From NCBI GenBank assembly GCA_964389465.1, contig CAYMDK010000001.1:86852-150851 (forward strand): 64,000 bases of DNA, in the 5' to 3' direction. A program made the position numbers and the translations under genes. Positions 27,039 to 35,684 of this stretch are shown here, piece by piece. The DNA comes from an uncultured archaeon. GTDB taxonomy: Archaea; Thermoplasmatota; Poseidoniia; MGIII; CG-Epi1. Below the pieces are notes generated by a model. It was not told the origin of the DNA and made no database searches. It was given only the letters and a program-made list of their open reading frames with translations. How positions within the stretch are numbered: the stretch's first letter is position 1; the number at the start of each line of letters is the position of its first letter.

Positions 27039-28733
27039 GTGTTCGAAATCCGGCAGCGCGACGGGCTGGCGCGCATCGGCCGCCTGACGACTCCGCACGG
27101 CGAGCTCACGACGCCGACGCTGCTGCCGGTGGTCAACCCGCGCAAGCTGACGCTGGCGCCAGCCGAGATTCGCGACTGCGGGGCGACCGGGCTGATTACC
27201 AACTCGTACATAATTTCGCGCCACGACGAGCTGCGCGAGCCGGCGCTGGCTGACGGCGTCCACGCGCTGCTGGGGTGGGACGGTCCGCTGATGACCGACA
27301 GCGGCACCTTCCAGTCGCACGTCTACGGCGACATCGAGGTCGAGCCGCAGGTCATTGTCGAGTTCCAGCGCGATATCGGCAGCGACATTGGCACCGTGCT
27401 CGACGTCTTCACCGAGCCCGAAAGCGACATCGAACGCGCCGGGGCGGAGCTGGCGGAAACGCAGGCGCGCATCGCGGCGGCCGTCCCGCTCAAGGGTGAG
27501 ATGCTGCTCGCCGCTACGGTGCAGGGCGGCAGCCACCCCGAATTGCGCGAGCGCGCTGCGGCGCAAGTCTCCACCGTCGAGGCGGACGTGCATCCCATCG
27601 GCGGTGTCGTGCCGCTGATGGAGCAATACCGCTACGCCGAGCTGGCGACGCTGGTGCTCGCCGCGAAGCGCGCGCTGGTGCCGTCACGGCCGGTGCACCT
27701 GTTCGGCTGCGGACATCCGTCGCTCTTCGCACTCGCGGCGCTGCTCGGCTGCGACCTGTTTGACAGCGCCAGCTACGCCAAGTTCGCCGCTGATGGGCGC
27801 ATGATGTTCAGTTGGGGTACACGACGACTGGTAGAGATGCAGGAACTGCCATGCGCCTGCGCAGTCTGCTCCGCAACTACCGCCAATGAGCTGCAGGCGC
27901 TCCCCGACACCGAGCGCGAGCGTCAGCTCGCACGCCACAACCTGCTCGTCAGTTTTGCTGAGCTGCGGCGGGTGAGACAGGCGATTCGCGACGGCCTGCT
28001 GTGGGAGCTGGTCGTATCACGCGCTGCCGACCGCCCCGAAGTGGCCGACGCGCTCGTGGCGCTCGAGCCGCACGGCGACTGGCTCGAGCAGTGGGAGCCT
28101 GCCTTCCGGCCGCGGCAGCCGACCGCGAAGCGGGAGTCGCTCCTGCGGCTCGCGCGCAGCAGGCTCACCCGCACGGCCAGCGGCGGCCCTGCCTTCGAGC
28201 ATCCGCTCTTCGGCGGCGTCCCCGAAACGCTGGTGGACACGGCGCCGCTGCGGCCGCTCGGCAACGTGCGCCAGCGCGACTGGACCGCCGCACGGGTGCA
28301 TGCCATCGCCAGCTACCAGTTCGGTAGCGCTGCAGCCGACGCACTAATGGATGGTGATGTAGAGCTGGTTACCAGCCGTAATACCGGACGATTACGCAAC
28401 GTACTGGTTGACGGTGAGCATCGTTTGTCGCTGAGTGCACGTCACGGGCTTTTCACACTCCGGGCAGCTGGTGCATGTGTAATCCACGCCACCTGCGCAG
28501 CACCGCAGCACCGGGTGGTGGTCCACGCGGACTCTGCTGAGTTCAACCGGCAGGGGCGAAACGCCTTCTGCAAGTTTGTCCTTGAATGTGACCCGGAACT
28601 GCACTGCCAGGACGAGTGCCTGATTGTTACTGAAAGTGATGAGCTGGTCGCAGTAGGGAAACTAAAAACGGCGCCTGTCGAGATTGCATTGGGTCAGCAG
28701 GGACTGGCGGTCAAGGTGCGCGAAGCCGTTTAA
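27039..28733 (+). CDS. tgtA: Archaeosine tRNA-guanine transglycosylase (ArcTGT) with C-terminal PUA domain
   Basis: TGT TIM-barrel motifs (LTTPHGELTTPTLLPVVNP, DSGTFQ), zinc site CACAVCS...H, and C-terminal C2/PUA-like domains. 564 aa is typical of ArcTGT. Confidence 0.85.
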   Translation: MFEIRQRDGLARIGRLTTPHGELTTPTLLPVVNPRKLTLAPAEIRDCGATGLITNSYIISRHDELREPALADGVHALLGWDGPLMTDSGTFQSHVYGDIEVEPQVIVEFQRDIGSDIGTVLDVFTEPESDIERAGAELAETQARIAAAVPLKGEMLLAATVQGGSHPELRERAAAQVSTVEADVHPIGGVVPLMEQYRYAELATLVLAAKRALVPSRPVHLFGCGHPSLFALAALLGCDLFDSASYAKFAADGRMMFSWGTRRLVEMQELPCACAVCSATTANELQALPDTERERQLARHNLLVSFAELRRVRQAIRDGLLWELVVSRAADRPEVADALVALEPHGDWLEQWEPAFRPRQPTAKRESLLRLARSRLTRTASGGPAFEHPLFGGVPETLVDTAPLRPLGNVRQRDWTAARVHAIASYQFGSAAADALMDGDVELVTSRNTGRLRNVLVDGEHRLSLSARHGLFTLRAAGACVIHATCAAPQHRVVVHADSAEFNRQGRNAFCKFVLECDPELHCQDECLIVTESDELVAVGKLKTAPVEIALGQQGLAVKVREAV

Positions 28734-28765
28734 AGCAGGAAAGATAAGTCAGAACAGGAGCTGAC

Positions 28766-30334
28766 ATGCAGAAAATTAACAGGCGCCAGACATTCGTTGT
28801 ATTCACTGTAGTTCTTGTTCTTTCGATGACCGTTTACAGTAACGGTCATTTCCGGGACCTTTTCTCATATTATGAGCATGCTGGAGATAAAGCGTATGAC
28901 CTGAATGATGACGGATGGACTGTGGATTTAGATGCCTCTTTCGAGATGGTTGATAAATTCGATTTGATGCTGGAAAATATAGATGAGTATGAATACCCGG
29001 CGAATAGTGTAATTGTTGTCAACCAGGGGACCATCGTTCGGGAGAGATACTACAATGATTTCAGTTACAGTACGCAATTCAACACTTATTCGGTCACCAA
29101 GAGTTTCACTTCAGTATTGGTGGGAATCGCGATAGACCAGGGAATCATTGGCAGCGTTGACGATCCCGTTGTTAGTTATTTTCCGAACACGACCTTTGAT
29201 GAGAATTCTCCTGAAAAACAGAGCGTTACGATTAAACACATTTTGACCATGACGTCTGGATTTGACTATGGTGTAGACCCTACGTTTGCACCTCCAGTAG
29301 ATGGGTCAATGGCTATGCACGTCCTCAATAGCCCTGTAAATCGTGAACCAGGTACATCATGGGTCTACGACTCGCAAGCACCGTCTATACTCACCAGAAT
29401 TATTGAGATTCAATCAAATATGTCATTGATAGATTTTGCCAATGAATCCCTATTCGGCCCCCTGGGGATTCAGGAAGTATCATGGGGTACGGATGACTCG
29501 GGGCTGGCATACGGCGGCTTTGGGTTGTATCTAACCTCCAGGGAGATGGCGAAGTTTGGCCAATTATTCCTACAGGAAGGGATGTGGAATGGCAAACAGA
29601 TTATATCGAAGGAATGGGTTCAGGAATCAACATTGGACCAGATGCCGGCCAATGTCCAATTTGTTTATTCAGTAAGACCTTCAGGAGGGTATGGCTATCT
29701 GTGGTGGACCTATGACGGGTTTTACACTGCATCAGGCTTGCACGGGCAACGGATAATAGTCAATCCCGGTAACGAATACGTTGTGGTCTTCACTTCGCTT
29801 GACGTGACGCAAGAGGGGGCCGATAACCTTCATAAGTCCTTGCTTGAGGAGGATTTTGTAGGTTGGGAAAAGCCGATGACGGATTTTTACAAGAGGTCTG
29901 CGCCTTACCTGATTTTGCTTCTTCTGTTTTTCGCAACAATCAATTTAGCTCTTCTAAAGTACGGAATCAACCAAAGGATATCCTCTAAGGGCAAAGACCA
30001 GGACATTGTCCTGACCTCTTTGGGATTGTCGGCCTACCCTGTCTTTGTGGGTTTTCTGGCAACCCTTTCAATCGTATTCGTAGCGCTAGACCTCTTTTTT
30101 GCCGGTTCGAGAGGAATCTTGTTCCCAAAGTTCCAATGGCTAACGTGGATAATGCTGATTATGCTCACGGGTTCAATAGTTGTCTTGGACGGTGCGTGGT
30201 TGAAATATAGACATAGTGCAGATCTTGCAGGATTGTCAAAAATTATTGTTCCCAAGTCAATTTTCTTTGTAATATTGACCGTGGTTCTGTTCTTCAGTGT
30301 ATATCTGAGGATGGTTGCTGATTTTTCGGCTTAG
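28766..30334 (+). CDS. Serine hydrolase, beta-lactamase class C / S12 peptidase (D-aminopeptidase-like) family, with C-terminal multi-TM membrane domain
   Basis: S-x-x-K active-site motif SVTKSF with flanking beta-lactamase fold. The C-terminal ~170 aa contains four hydrophobic helices. AT-rich codon usage. Confidence 0.7.
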   Translation: MQKINRRQTFVVFTVVLVLSMTVYSNGHFRDLFSYYEHAGDKAYDLNDDGWTVDLDASFEMVDKFDLMLENIDEYEYPANSVIVVNQGTIVRERYYNDFSYSTQFNTYSVTKSFTSVLVGIAIDQGIIGSVDDPVVSYFPNTTFDENSPEKQSVTIKHILTMTSGFDYGVDPTFAPPVDGSMAMHVLNSPVNREPGTSWVYDSQAPSILTRIIEIQSNMSLIDFANESLFGPLGIQEVSWGTDDSGLAYGGFGLYLTSREMAKFGQLFLQEGMWNGKQIISKEWVQESTLDQMPANVQFVYSVRPSGGYGYLWWTYDGFYTASGLHGQRIIVNPGNEYVVVFTSLDVTQEGADNLHKSLLEEDFVGWEKPMTDFYKRSAPYLILLLLFFATINLALLKYGINQRISSKGKDQDIVLTSLGLSAYPVFVGFLATLSIVFVALDLFFAGSRGILFPKFQWLTWIMLIMLTGSIVVLDGAWLKYRHSADLAGLSKIIVPKSIFFVILTVVLFFSVYLRMVADFSA

Positions 30335-30412
30335 TAAACCCCCTTTTCGTTCCAGACAATACTTACTATTGTTTTTGTAAAACTTAAAAACAACTGTGGC
30401 CTGCGTTGGATA

Positions 30413-31114
30413 ATGACTCTGGAAGGTCTGATAGGCTCCTTGGAGGATTTGAGCGAATTCAATCTAGAAGGTGTCTATGAAGCTGTTTCAAGAACCGCCG
30501 TGGGATTCAAGGACCTTGAGAAATGGATAGATTACGACTATCCCGTCTCTGACTCATATGGTCGGAAAATGGTGCATGATGGTGGTTTTTTCGAAGTGAT
30601 GGTTATGTGCTGGAAACCCGGAGATTATAGTGCTATACACGATCATGGGGAAGCTGAGTTTGGTGTGGTCAAGGTTTTTGGAGATACCGAACACGCCGCA
30701 TTCAAAATAGTGAATCAGAAACTTATCACTCTCGGGCGTACTATCATTGAAGCAGGAACAACGCTGGAAGTGGCTCCAGCATTGATTCATCAAATGGGAA
30801 ATCCGGGAGATAGGAATTTCTTCAGTTTGCACATCTATGTGAATCAGGCCACTGAAGGTGGAATTACGAGAGATTCCAGAATTTATGATTATAGCCGAAA
30901 CGCGATATTACGTGTTGATGGAGGGGCTTTCTATCTCCTGCCAGAAAGCGAGATTAAAGCCAGAGAGCCTCTCCCAGAAGCTGATTCCAGCACCAGGCAA
31001 CGGGACCTGAAGGAAGCCGGAAAGCGCGCGAAAGCTATGAAATGCGGGCCGGAGTACAAACGAATCCTGAATGAGGCGCCTCCAACTCTGGTCGAACCTC
31101 CATTAATCCAGTAA
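30413..31114 (+). CDS. Cupin-fold cysteine dioxygenase type I-like protein
   Basis: Cupin core with HDH metal-binding motif (YSAIHDHGEAEFGVV) and a downstream His (LHIYV). AT-rich codon usage. Confidence 0.6.
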   Translation: MTLEGLIGSLEDLSEFNLEGVYEAVSRTAVGFKDLEKWIDYDYPVSDSYGRKMVHDGGFFEVMVMCWKPGDYSAIHDHGEAEFGVVKVFGDTEHAAFKIVNQKLITLGRTIIEAGTTLEVAPALIHQMGNPGDRNFFSLHIYVNQATEGGITRDSRIYDYSRNAILRVDGGAFYLLPESEIKAREPLPEADSSTRQRDLKEAGKRAKAMKCGPEYKRILNEAPPTLVEPPLIQ

Positions 31115-31116
31115 AG

Positions 31117-31140
31117 TGGCGCCAGGAGAGTGTTCCGAAC
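31117..31140 (+). repeat. Direct repeat of the tRNA-Ser(CGA) 3' end (putative att-site remnant)
   Basis: tggcgccaggagag at 31117-31130 is identical to 31218-31231 (the tRNA 3' end including CCA). Extended similarity covers about 22/27 nt. A hairpin gaacctttt/aaaaggttc follows at 31141-31161. Confidence 0.6.
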
Positions 31141-31217
31141 GAACCTTTTGAGAAAAGGTTCATCAAAATCGTGAGTTCGGAATCACTATCGGAGCGCCAT
31201 GCGCCGTCCACGACGCA

Positions 31218-31303
31218 TGGCGCCAGGAGAGGGATTCGAACCCCCGTGGGGAGACCCCAGTGGTTTTCGAGACCACCGCCCTACCGGACTAGGCGATCCT
31301 GGC
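31218..31303 (-). tRNA. tRNA-Ser (anticodon CGA), class II with long variable arm, CCA encoded
   Basis: Reverse complement: acceptor GCCAGGA/TCCTGGC, 3-bp D stem, anticodon stem GTGGT/ACCAC with loop CTCGAAA, variable arm TGGGGTCTCCCCAC, T-arm GGGGGTTCGAATCCCTC. Confidence 0.8.
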
Positions 31304-31405
31304 GCGCAGGCGCCATTGTGGCGGGATGATAAGCATTAAGCCAGAGGCGGCGGCGGCAATTGACTGCCGCCGCCAACCGTTAATCCCGTCCACCGCTGGC
31401 TGCGC

Positions 31406-31612
31406 GTGATGCGACGCGTGACCGTCGGCGGCGAGGAGCGCGAGGTCGAGCTACCAGAGGGGGCGACCGCAGGCGAGCTGGTCGCGGCGCTGGGGCTGCA
31501 CCCGGACGGCGTGCTGGTGCTCGCCGAGGGGGAGCCGCTGCGGCCGGTGGCGCTCAATTCATCGCTGCCGGAAGGGGACATACGGGTCGTGCTGGTCGCC
31601 TCGGGCGGCTGA
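31406..31612 (+). CDS. ThiS/MoaD-family ubiquitin-like small protein ending in Gly-Gly (SAMP-like sulfur carrier/modifier candidate)
   Basis: 68 aa with a beta-grasp-like sequence and a C-terminal ...VLVASGG directly before the stop. GTG at 31406 or ATG at 31409. Confidence 0.55.
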   Translation: MMRRVTVGGEEREVELPEGATAGELVAALGLHPDGVLVLAEGEPLRPVALNSSLPEGDIRVVLVASGG

Positions 31613-31638
31613 AGGCAAGGATTAAACGCTCGGAAGGG

Positions 31639-33885
31639 GTGCGGGGGCGAATGTCCAGCGAGGAGCAGCTGCCGGAAACCGAATCGCCCGCCCCGGTCGA
31701 CCCCGAGGCGCAGGCGCCGCTGCCGGGGCATGAGCTGGGTGAGCGCCCGATTGCGTGGCGCTCGCGGCAGGAGGAAGTGCTGGTCAAGGTCAGCCGGCGC
31801 GAGAAGGATGAAATTGACTTCGTCATCGACGCATTCTGGATATTCGTCGCGCGTGTCCGCTCCGCCTCGCGGCCGCTGCTGGCGCTGGGGCTGCTGTTAA
31901 TCCTGCTCGGCGTCAGCCTCGCGGGCTGGCCGCAGGCTGCCCTCGGGCAGGACCGCAGCGGCTACTGGTATGTCACCGCAGTCGACCATGGCAGTCTGGC
32001 GCGCTACACCACCGACGGCGACTATCCCGACTTCGCACCCGGCGACACTTTCCTGCTGCAGGGCAACATCGAGTCCATCGAGTATTACGCCCCGCTCGAG
32101 GAGGCGAGCTGGCCGCAGCTGGTCCCGGCTCCGCAGGCGGCCGACGGGACACTGCTGGCGAACGGGTCGCTCGAATCACTCTTCGGCCAGTCCTCGAGTG
32201 CAGCGGCCAACTACTCGAGCGCACGGCTGGTGCGGCAGCAGTATTTCAGCAACCTTTCGGTCAGCGGATTCCTGTTCAACGAGGTCGATTTCGAGGATAT
32301 TGTCTTCGAGAACGTCGTCTTCGAGTCCGGCTTCTTTATCAACTGCGACTTCGAGCGCGTCGCGTTCCATAACGTCACGATTCGCGGTTCAGTGCTCTCA
32401 CACGTCGTGCTCTCTGAAGTCTTGTTACAGAACTCGGTCCTCGAAGAGGCGCGACTGGAGCATACCGCCGTGGACCAGATGGTGGTTCGCAGCACGGTCT
32501 GGGAAAACACCGTCAGTCTCCAGAGCAGCCTGCGCGGAATCAAGTTCGACCACGCGCAGCTGAATAACGGCAGCTTCCAGAAATCGCAGCTGGATGTAGT
32601 GCTGTTCCAGCAGACCCACGTCACCAATTTCACGCTGCTCAACACGCCGGTCACCAACGTCGTCGACGGCGATGACCTCGACTACACCTACATTGTCCTC
32701 CGCGGCACCACGGTCCGCGCGACGGGGAATCTGGAGCAACGGCTGCCGGTTGGCGCCTCAATCTACATGGACGTCACGGTCGTCGCTGAAGGTGGCGGGG
32801 CCGGGTCGGTAGCCAACTCGAGCTGGGTTGCCGGCAACGTGACAGGGGATGGCTTCACGACGCCTTTCGGCGAGCAGCCGGTCAACCTCAGCCGCGAGCT
32901 GCTGGTGGTTGCGCCCGAAGTGGTGCGGCCCACCTTCTGGTGGTCGGTTGGCTTCAACTCGTTCGTGCTGGCGGGCGCGATGCTGCTGGTCTACGCTGTT
33001 GGTGGCCATGCGGTAATCCTGGCGGTTACACGCTTCAGCTCGCCACTGCTCGCCACCATGGGAGGATTCCTGCTGCTTTTCCTTGCTATCCCCACCCGCG
33101 ACTTCCTGCTGGTTTCGCAGCTGATGCTGCTCTATTTCGTCCCACCGCTCGGCAAGGGGACCGTCATCCCGCTCGGGATTGCGGCCGGAATCAATCCGTG
33201 GGTGCTGGCGCTGGCGACCGCCTTCGTTGACATCATGGTCGGAGTTTTCCTGGCGTGGAACTTCGACCTTGCGCGCAAAATTCCCTTCGTCGGCGGCGGT
33301 ATCCGGCGAGTGCAGGCGAAGGGTAGCGAAATCATGGCGGCACAGCCGTGGATTGAGCGGCTGGCGTTCGCCGGCATTCTGCTCTTCGTGATGTTCCCGT
33401 TCCAGGGCTCCGGCTCGGTTGGCGGCACCCTGCTCGGCCGCTCGATGTCGATGACCCCTTACCGCATCCTCTCGGCCGTGGCGATTGGCGGCATCCTCGG
33501 GTCTTTCATAATCTCCGCCTCAATTGTCTTCGGCCTCGGCCTCGTCGGACAGATGGGGGCCTACGGTTTACTGATTGCACTGGTGGTGGCGCTGATTATC
33601 GTCACCCTCTGGTACACCTTCCGCCACTGGGACGAGCTGAGTCTCGACGAGTTCCAGGAAGTACTGGGGCTCCACCGCGAAGGCCTCATCGGCGCCCCGG
33701 TCGGCGCCGCGGCCGACCTGGCGGGCGCGGCGACCCTCGGTGTCTTTCGCGCCGTCGAGGGGACGGGGCAGGCAATCTCGAAGACCACCGCAACTGTGCT
33801 CGATACATTCCTGCCCGAGAGCGAGCGGAAGCAGCCGCCCGCCGACAAAACTAAGGGCGACGACGATGCGGAGGACGAGGAGTGA
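31639..33885 (+). CDS. Membrane protein with extracytoplasmic pentapeptide-repeat region and C-terminal polytopic domain, acidic tail
   Basis: About 25 consecutive pentapeptide-like repeats (FLFNEVDFEDIVFENVVFESGFFINCDFERVAFHNV...), then at least 8 predicted TM helices. C-terminal KTKGDDDAEDEE. Confidence 0.55.
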   Translation: MRGRMSSEEQLPETESPAPVDPEAQAPLPGHELGERPIAWRSRQEEVLVKVSRREKDEIDFVIDAFWIFVARVRSASRPLLALGLLLILLGVSLAGWPQAALGQDRSGYWYVTAVDHGSLARYTTDGDYPDFAPGDTFLLQGNIESIEYYAPLEEASWPQLVPAPQAADGTLLANGSLESLFGQSSSAAANYSSARLVRQQYFSNLSVSGFLFNEVDFEDIVFENVVFESGFFINCDFERVAFHNVTIRGSVLSHVVLSEVLLQNSVLEEARLEHTAVDQMVVRSTVWENTVSLQSSLRGIKFDHAQLNNGSFQKSQLDVVLFQQTHVTNFTLLNTPVTNVVDGDDLDYTYIVLRGTTVRATGNLEQRLPVGASIYMDVTVVAEGGGAGSVANSSWVAGNVTGDGFTTPFGEQPVNLSRELLVVAPEVVRPTFWWSVGFNSFVLAGAMLLVYAVGGHAVILAVTRFSSPLLATMGGFLLLFLAIPTRDFLLVSQLMLLYFVPPLGKGTVIPLGIAAGINPWVLALATAFVDIMVGVFLAWNFDLARKIPFVGGGIRRVQAKGSEIMAAQPWIERLAFAGILLFVMFPFQGSGSVGGTLLGRSMSMTPYRILSAVAIGGILGSFIISASIVFGLGLVGQMGAYGLLIALVVALIIVTLWYTFRHWDELSLDEFQEVLGLHREGLIGAPVGAAADLAGAATLGVFRAVEGTGQAISKTTATVLDTFLPESERKQPPADKTKGDDDAEDEE

Positions 33886-34832
33886 CGCACGCGCTGGTCA
33901 CCGGCGGCGCCGGCTTCATCGGCTCGCACCTGGTCGACGCACTGGTCGCGCGGGGCGACCGCGTCAGCGTGCTCGACAACCTTTCGTCGGGGAGCCTCGA
34001 CTTCCTCACCGGCGTGCGCGACTCCATCGAGTTCCACGAGCTGGACCTGCTTGACGAGGATTTCGACGCGCTGCTCGACGGAGTGGACATCGTCTGGCAC
34101 CTCTCGGCCAACCCCGAAGTGCGCACCGGCATCGACGCGCCGGAAGTCATGTTCCGGCAGAACGTCGACGCGACGCGTTGCGTGCTGGCGGCGATGGCGC
34201 GCTGTAGCGTGCGCGACATCGTTTTCACCTCGACCTCGACCGTCTATGGCGAGGCGAGCGTTGTGCCGACCCCCGAGGATTACGCGCCACTGGCACCCAT
34301 CTCGGCCTACGGCCAGAGTAAGCTCGAGGCGGAGCGGCTCATCGAGCGCTTCTGCGAGGAGGAGAGCGGGCGCGCCGTCTCGTTCCGCTTCGCCAACTGC
34401 GTCGGCCCGCGCAGCAACCACGGCGTCACCTTCGATTTCTTCCACAAGCTGCGTGCCGATTCCGCGGCGCTGGAAATCCTCGGCGACGGCCAGCAGTTCA
34501 AGTCCTACTTCCACGTCGCCGACTGCATTTCGGGAATGCTCGCCGTCGCGCCCGCCGAAGCGTGCCCCGACGGCGGCTTCGCCGCGCTCAACGTCGGCTC
34601 GTTGGACGGCATCGACGTCGTCATGGTCGCCGACGCGGTCTGCGAGGCGCTCGGCCTCGACAGGGTCGAGTACAGCTTCACCGGCGGCGTCGACGGCGGG
34701 CGCGGCTGGGAGGGCGACGTGAAGCGGATGCTGCTGGCGGTCGAGCGGCTGCGCGAATTCGGCTGGGCGCCGCAGTTCGGCAGCCGCGCTGCCATCCTCG
34801 ACACGGCGCGCTGGCTCGACGAAAACTATTAA
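33882..34832 (+). CDS. NAD-dependent epimerase/dehydratase (extended SDR, UDP-sugar 4-epimerase-like)
   Basis: VTGGAGFIGSHLV Rossmann motif and the extended-SDR Y-x3-K (YGQSKLEAE). GTG start overlaps the upstream stop. Confidence 0.8.
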   Translation: MTHALVTGGAGFIGSHLVDALVARGDRVSVLDNLSSGSLDFLTGVRDSIEFHELDLLDEDFDALLDGVDIVWHLSANPEVRTGIDAPEVMFRQNVDATRCVLAAMARCSVRDIVFTSTSTVYGEASVVPTPEDYAPLAPISAYGQSKLEAERLIERFCEEESGRAVSFRFANCVGPRSNHGVTFDFFHKLRADSAALEILGDGQQFKSYFHVADCISGMLAVAPAEACPDGGFAALNVGSLDGIDVVMVADAVCEALGLDRVEYSFTGGVDGGRGWEGDVKRMLLAVERLREFGWAPQFGSRAAILDTARWLDENY

Positions 34833-34857
34833 GGTGAAAGCCCGCAGCCGGGCCGGC

Positions 34858-34935
34858 GCTCCCGTGGTGTAGTCCGGCCCATCATCTCGGCCTCTCGAGC
34901 CGAACACCCGGGTTCGAATCCCGGCGGGAGCACCA
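34858..34935 (+). tRNA. tRNA-Glu (anticodon CTC), CCA encoded
   Basis: Acceptor GCTCCCG/CGGGAGC, anticodon stem TCGGC/GCCGA with loop CTCTCGA, T-arm CCGGGTTCGAATCCCGG, discriminator A plus CCA. Confidence 0.8.
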
Positions 34936-34946
34936 TTTGGCTCGGG

Positions 34947-35684
34947 CTAGTCCGTTCTTGAAAGCCTATCAGAAATAAAGTCAATTACCTTTTGCAGATT
35001 TTTTTCGTTATCAAAATCCTCGACCTCAGCCCCGACACGGACAGACTCAGTCAGTAGTGGCAGACACCGTGTCAGTTCGTCAACTATTGTGACATGGGCA
35101 GTTTGAGCTGTTCTTGAAAGAGGGTTTAGATCAATAGTAATCACCTGCTTTCCCATATCCACCAGAGCTCGACAACGGTCTCCATCCTCAAGTGGAACAA
35201 GAACGACATCAGCCGAACCTATTCCGTCTGAACAGCATTTTGCCCTTTCAGACGTTAATCCAGGGATATTAGCATCATCGTTCTCCCCAAGTGCCTTTAC
35301 CCCGGCATCACCCATCATCCTAGTCAAGGCTGCAACCCGTTCCGGAGTTCGGTGGAACAGGTTTATTTCGACTTTGGCGCCACTTACCTCGGAAAGATGT
35401 GCAATTTCTCTGGCTGCCAGCGCGACAACATTCCCGTTAACCGAAATAACTGGATTGGTGGCACCAACCATCATGGATGCGGCGGCCCTGATTGCATCCA
35501 TCGCGGGCGGACAGGTTTGTTCACCTAACAGGTAATCGAACGCCTCGCCTCTCCCATGGGCAATCAACCCCTGCCTGGCGACGGCATCAGCAGCTTCTAC
35601 CAACTTCTCACGGGCCATGAGGGATTTGTATCTCGGGTGGTCTTCCGGGGGCAGGGTCACGTGACTAGTCCCACTCAAACTCAT
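34947..35684 (-). CDS. 4-phosphopantoate--beta-alanine ligase (archaeal phosphopantothenate synthetase, COG1701)
   Basis: Archaeal PPS signature region [41 protein letters not shown]. Start taken at MSLSGTSHV (35684), 17 nt after the upstream gene's stop. Track start TTG at 35741. Confidence 0.65.
   Translation of the reverse strand: MSLSGTSHVTLPPEDHPRYKSLMAREKLVEAADAVARQGLIAHGRGEAFDYLLGEQTCPPAMDAIRAAASMMVGATNPVISVNGNVVALAAREIAHLSEVSGAKVEINLFHRTPERVAALTRMMGDAGVKALGENDDANIPGLTSERAKCCSDGIGSADVVLVPLEDGDRCRALVDMGKQVITIDLNPLSRTAQTAHVTIVDELTRCLPLLTESVRVGAEVEDFDNEKNLQKVIDFISDRLSRTD

Larger units (their letters stand above)
28740..31217. other. Low-GC genomic island 1 (about 42-48% GC versus about 67% flanking), tRNA-Ser(CGA)-adjacent, no integrase
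   Basis: Abrupt compositional shift beginning at or just inside the arcTGT 3' end. Contains a serine hydrolase and a CDO-like cupin. Bounded on the right by a 14-bp perfect direct repeat of the tRNA-Ser 3' end. Confidence 0.5.
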
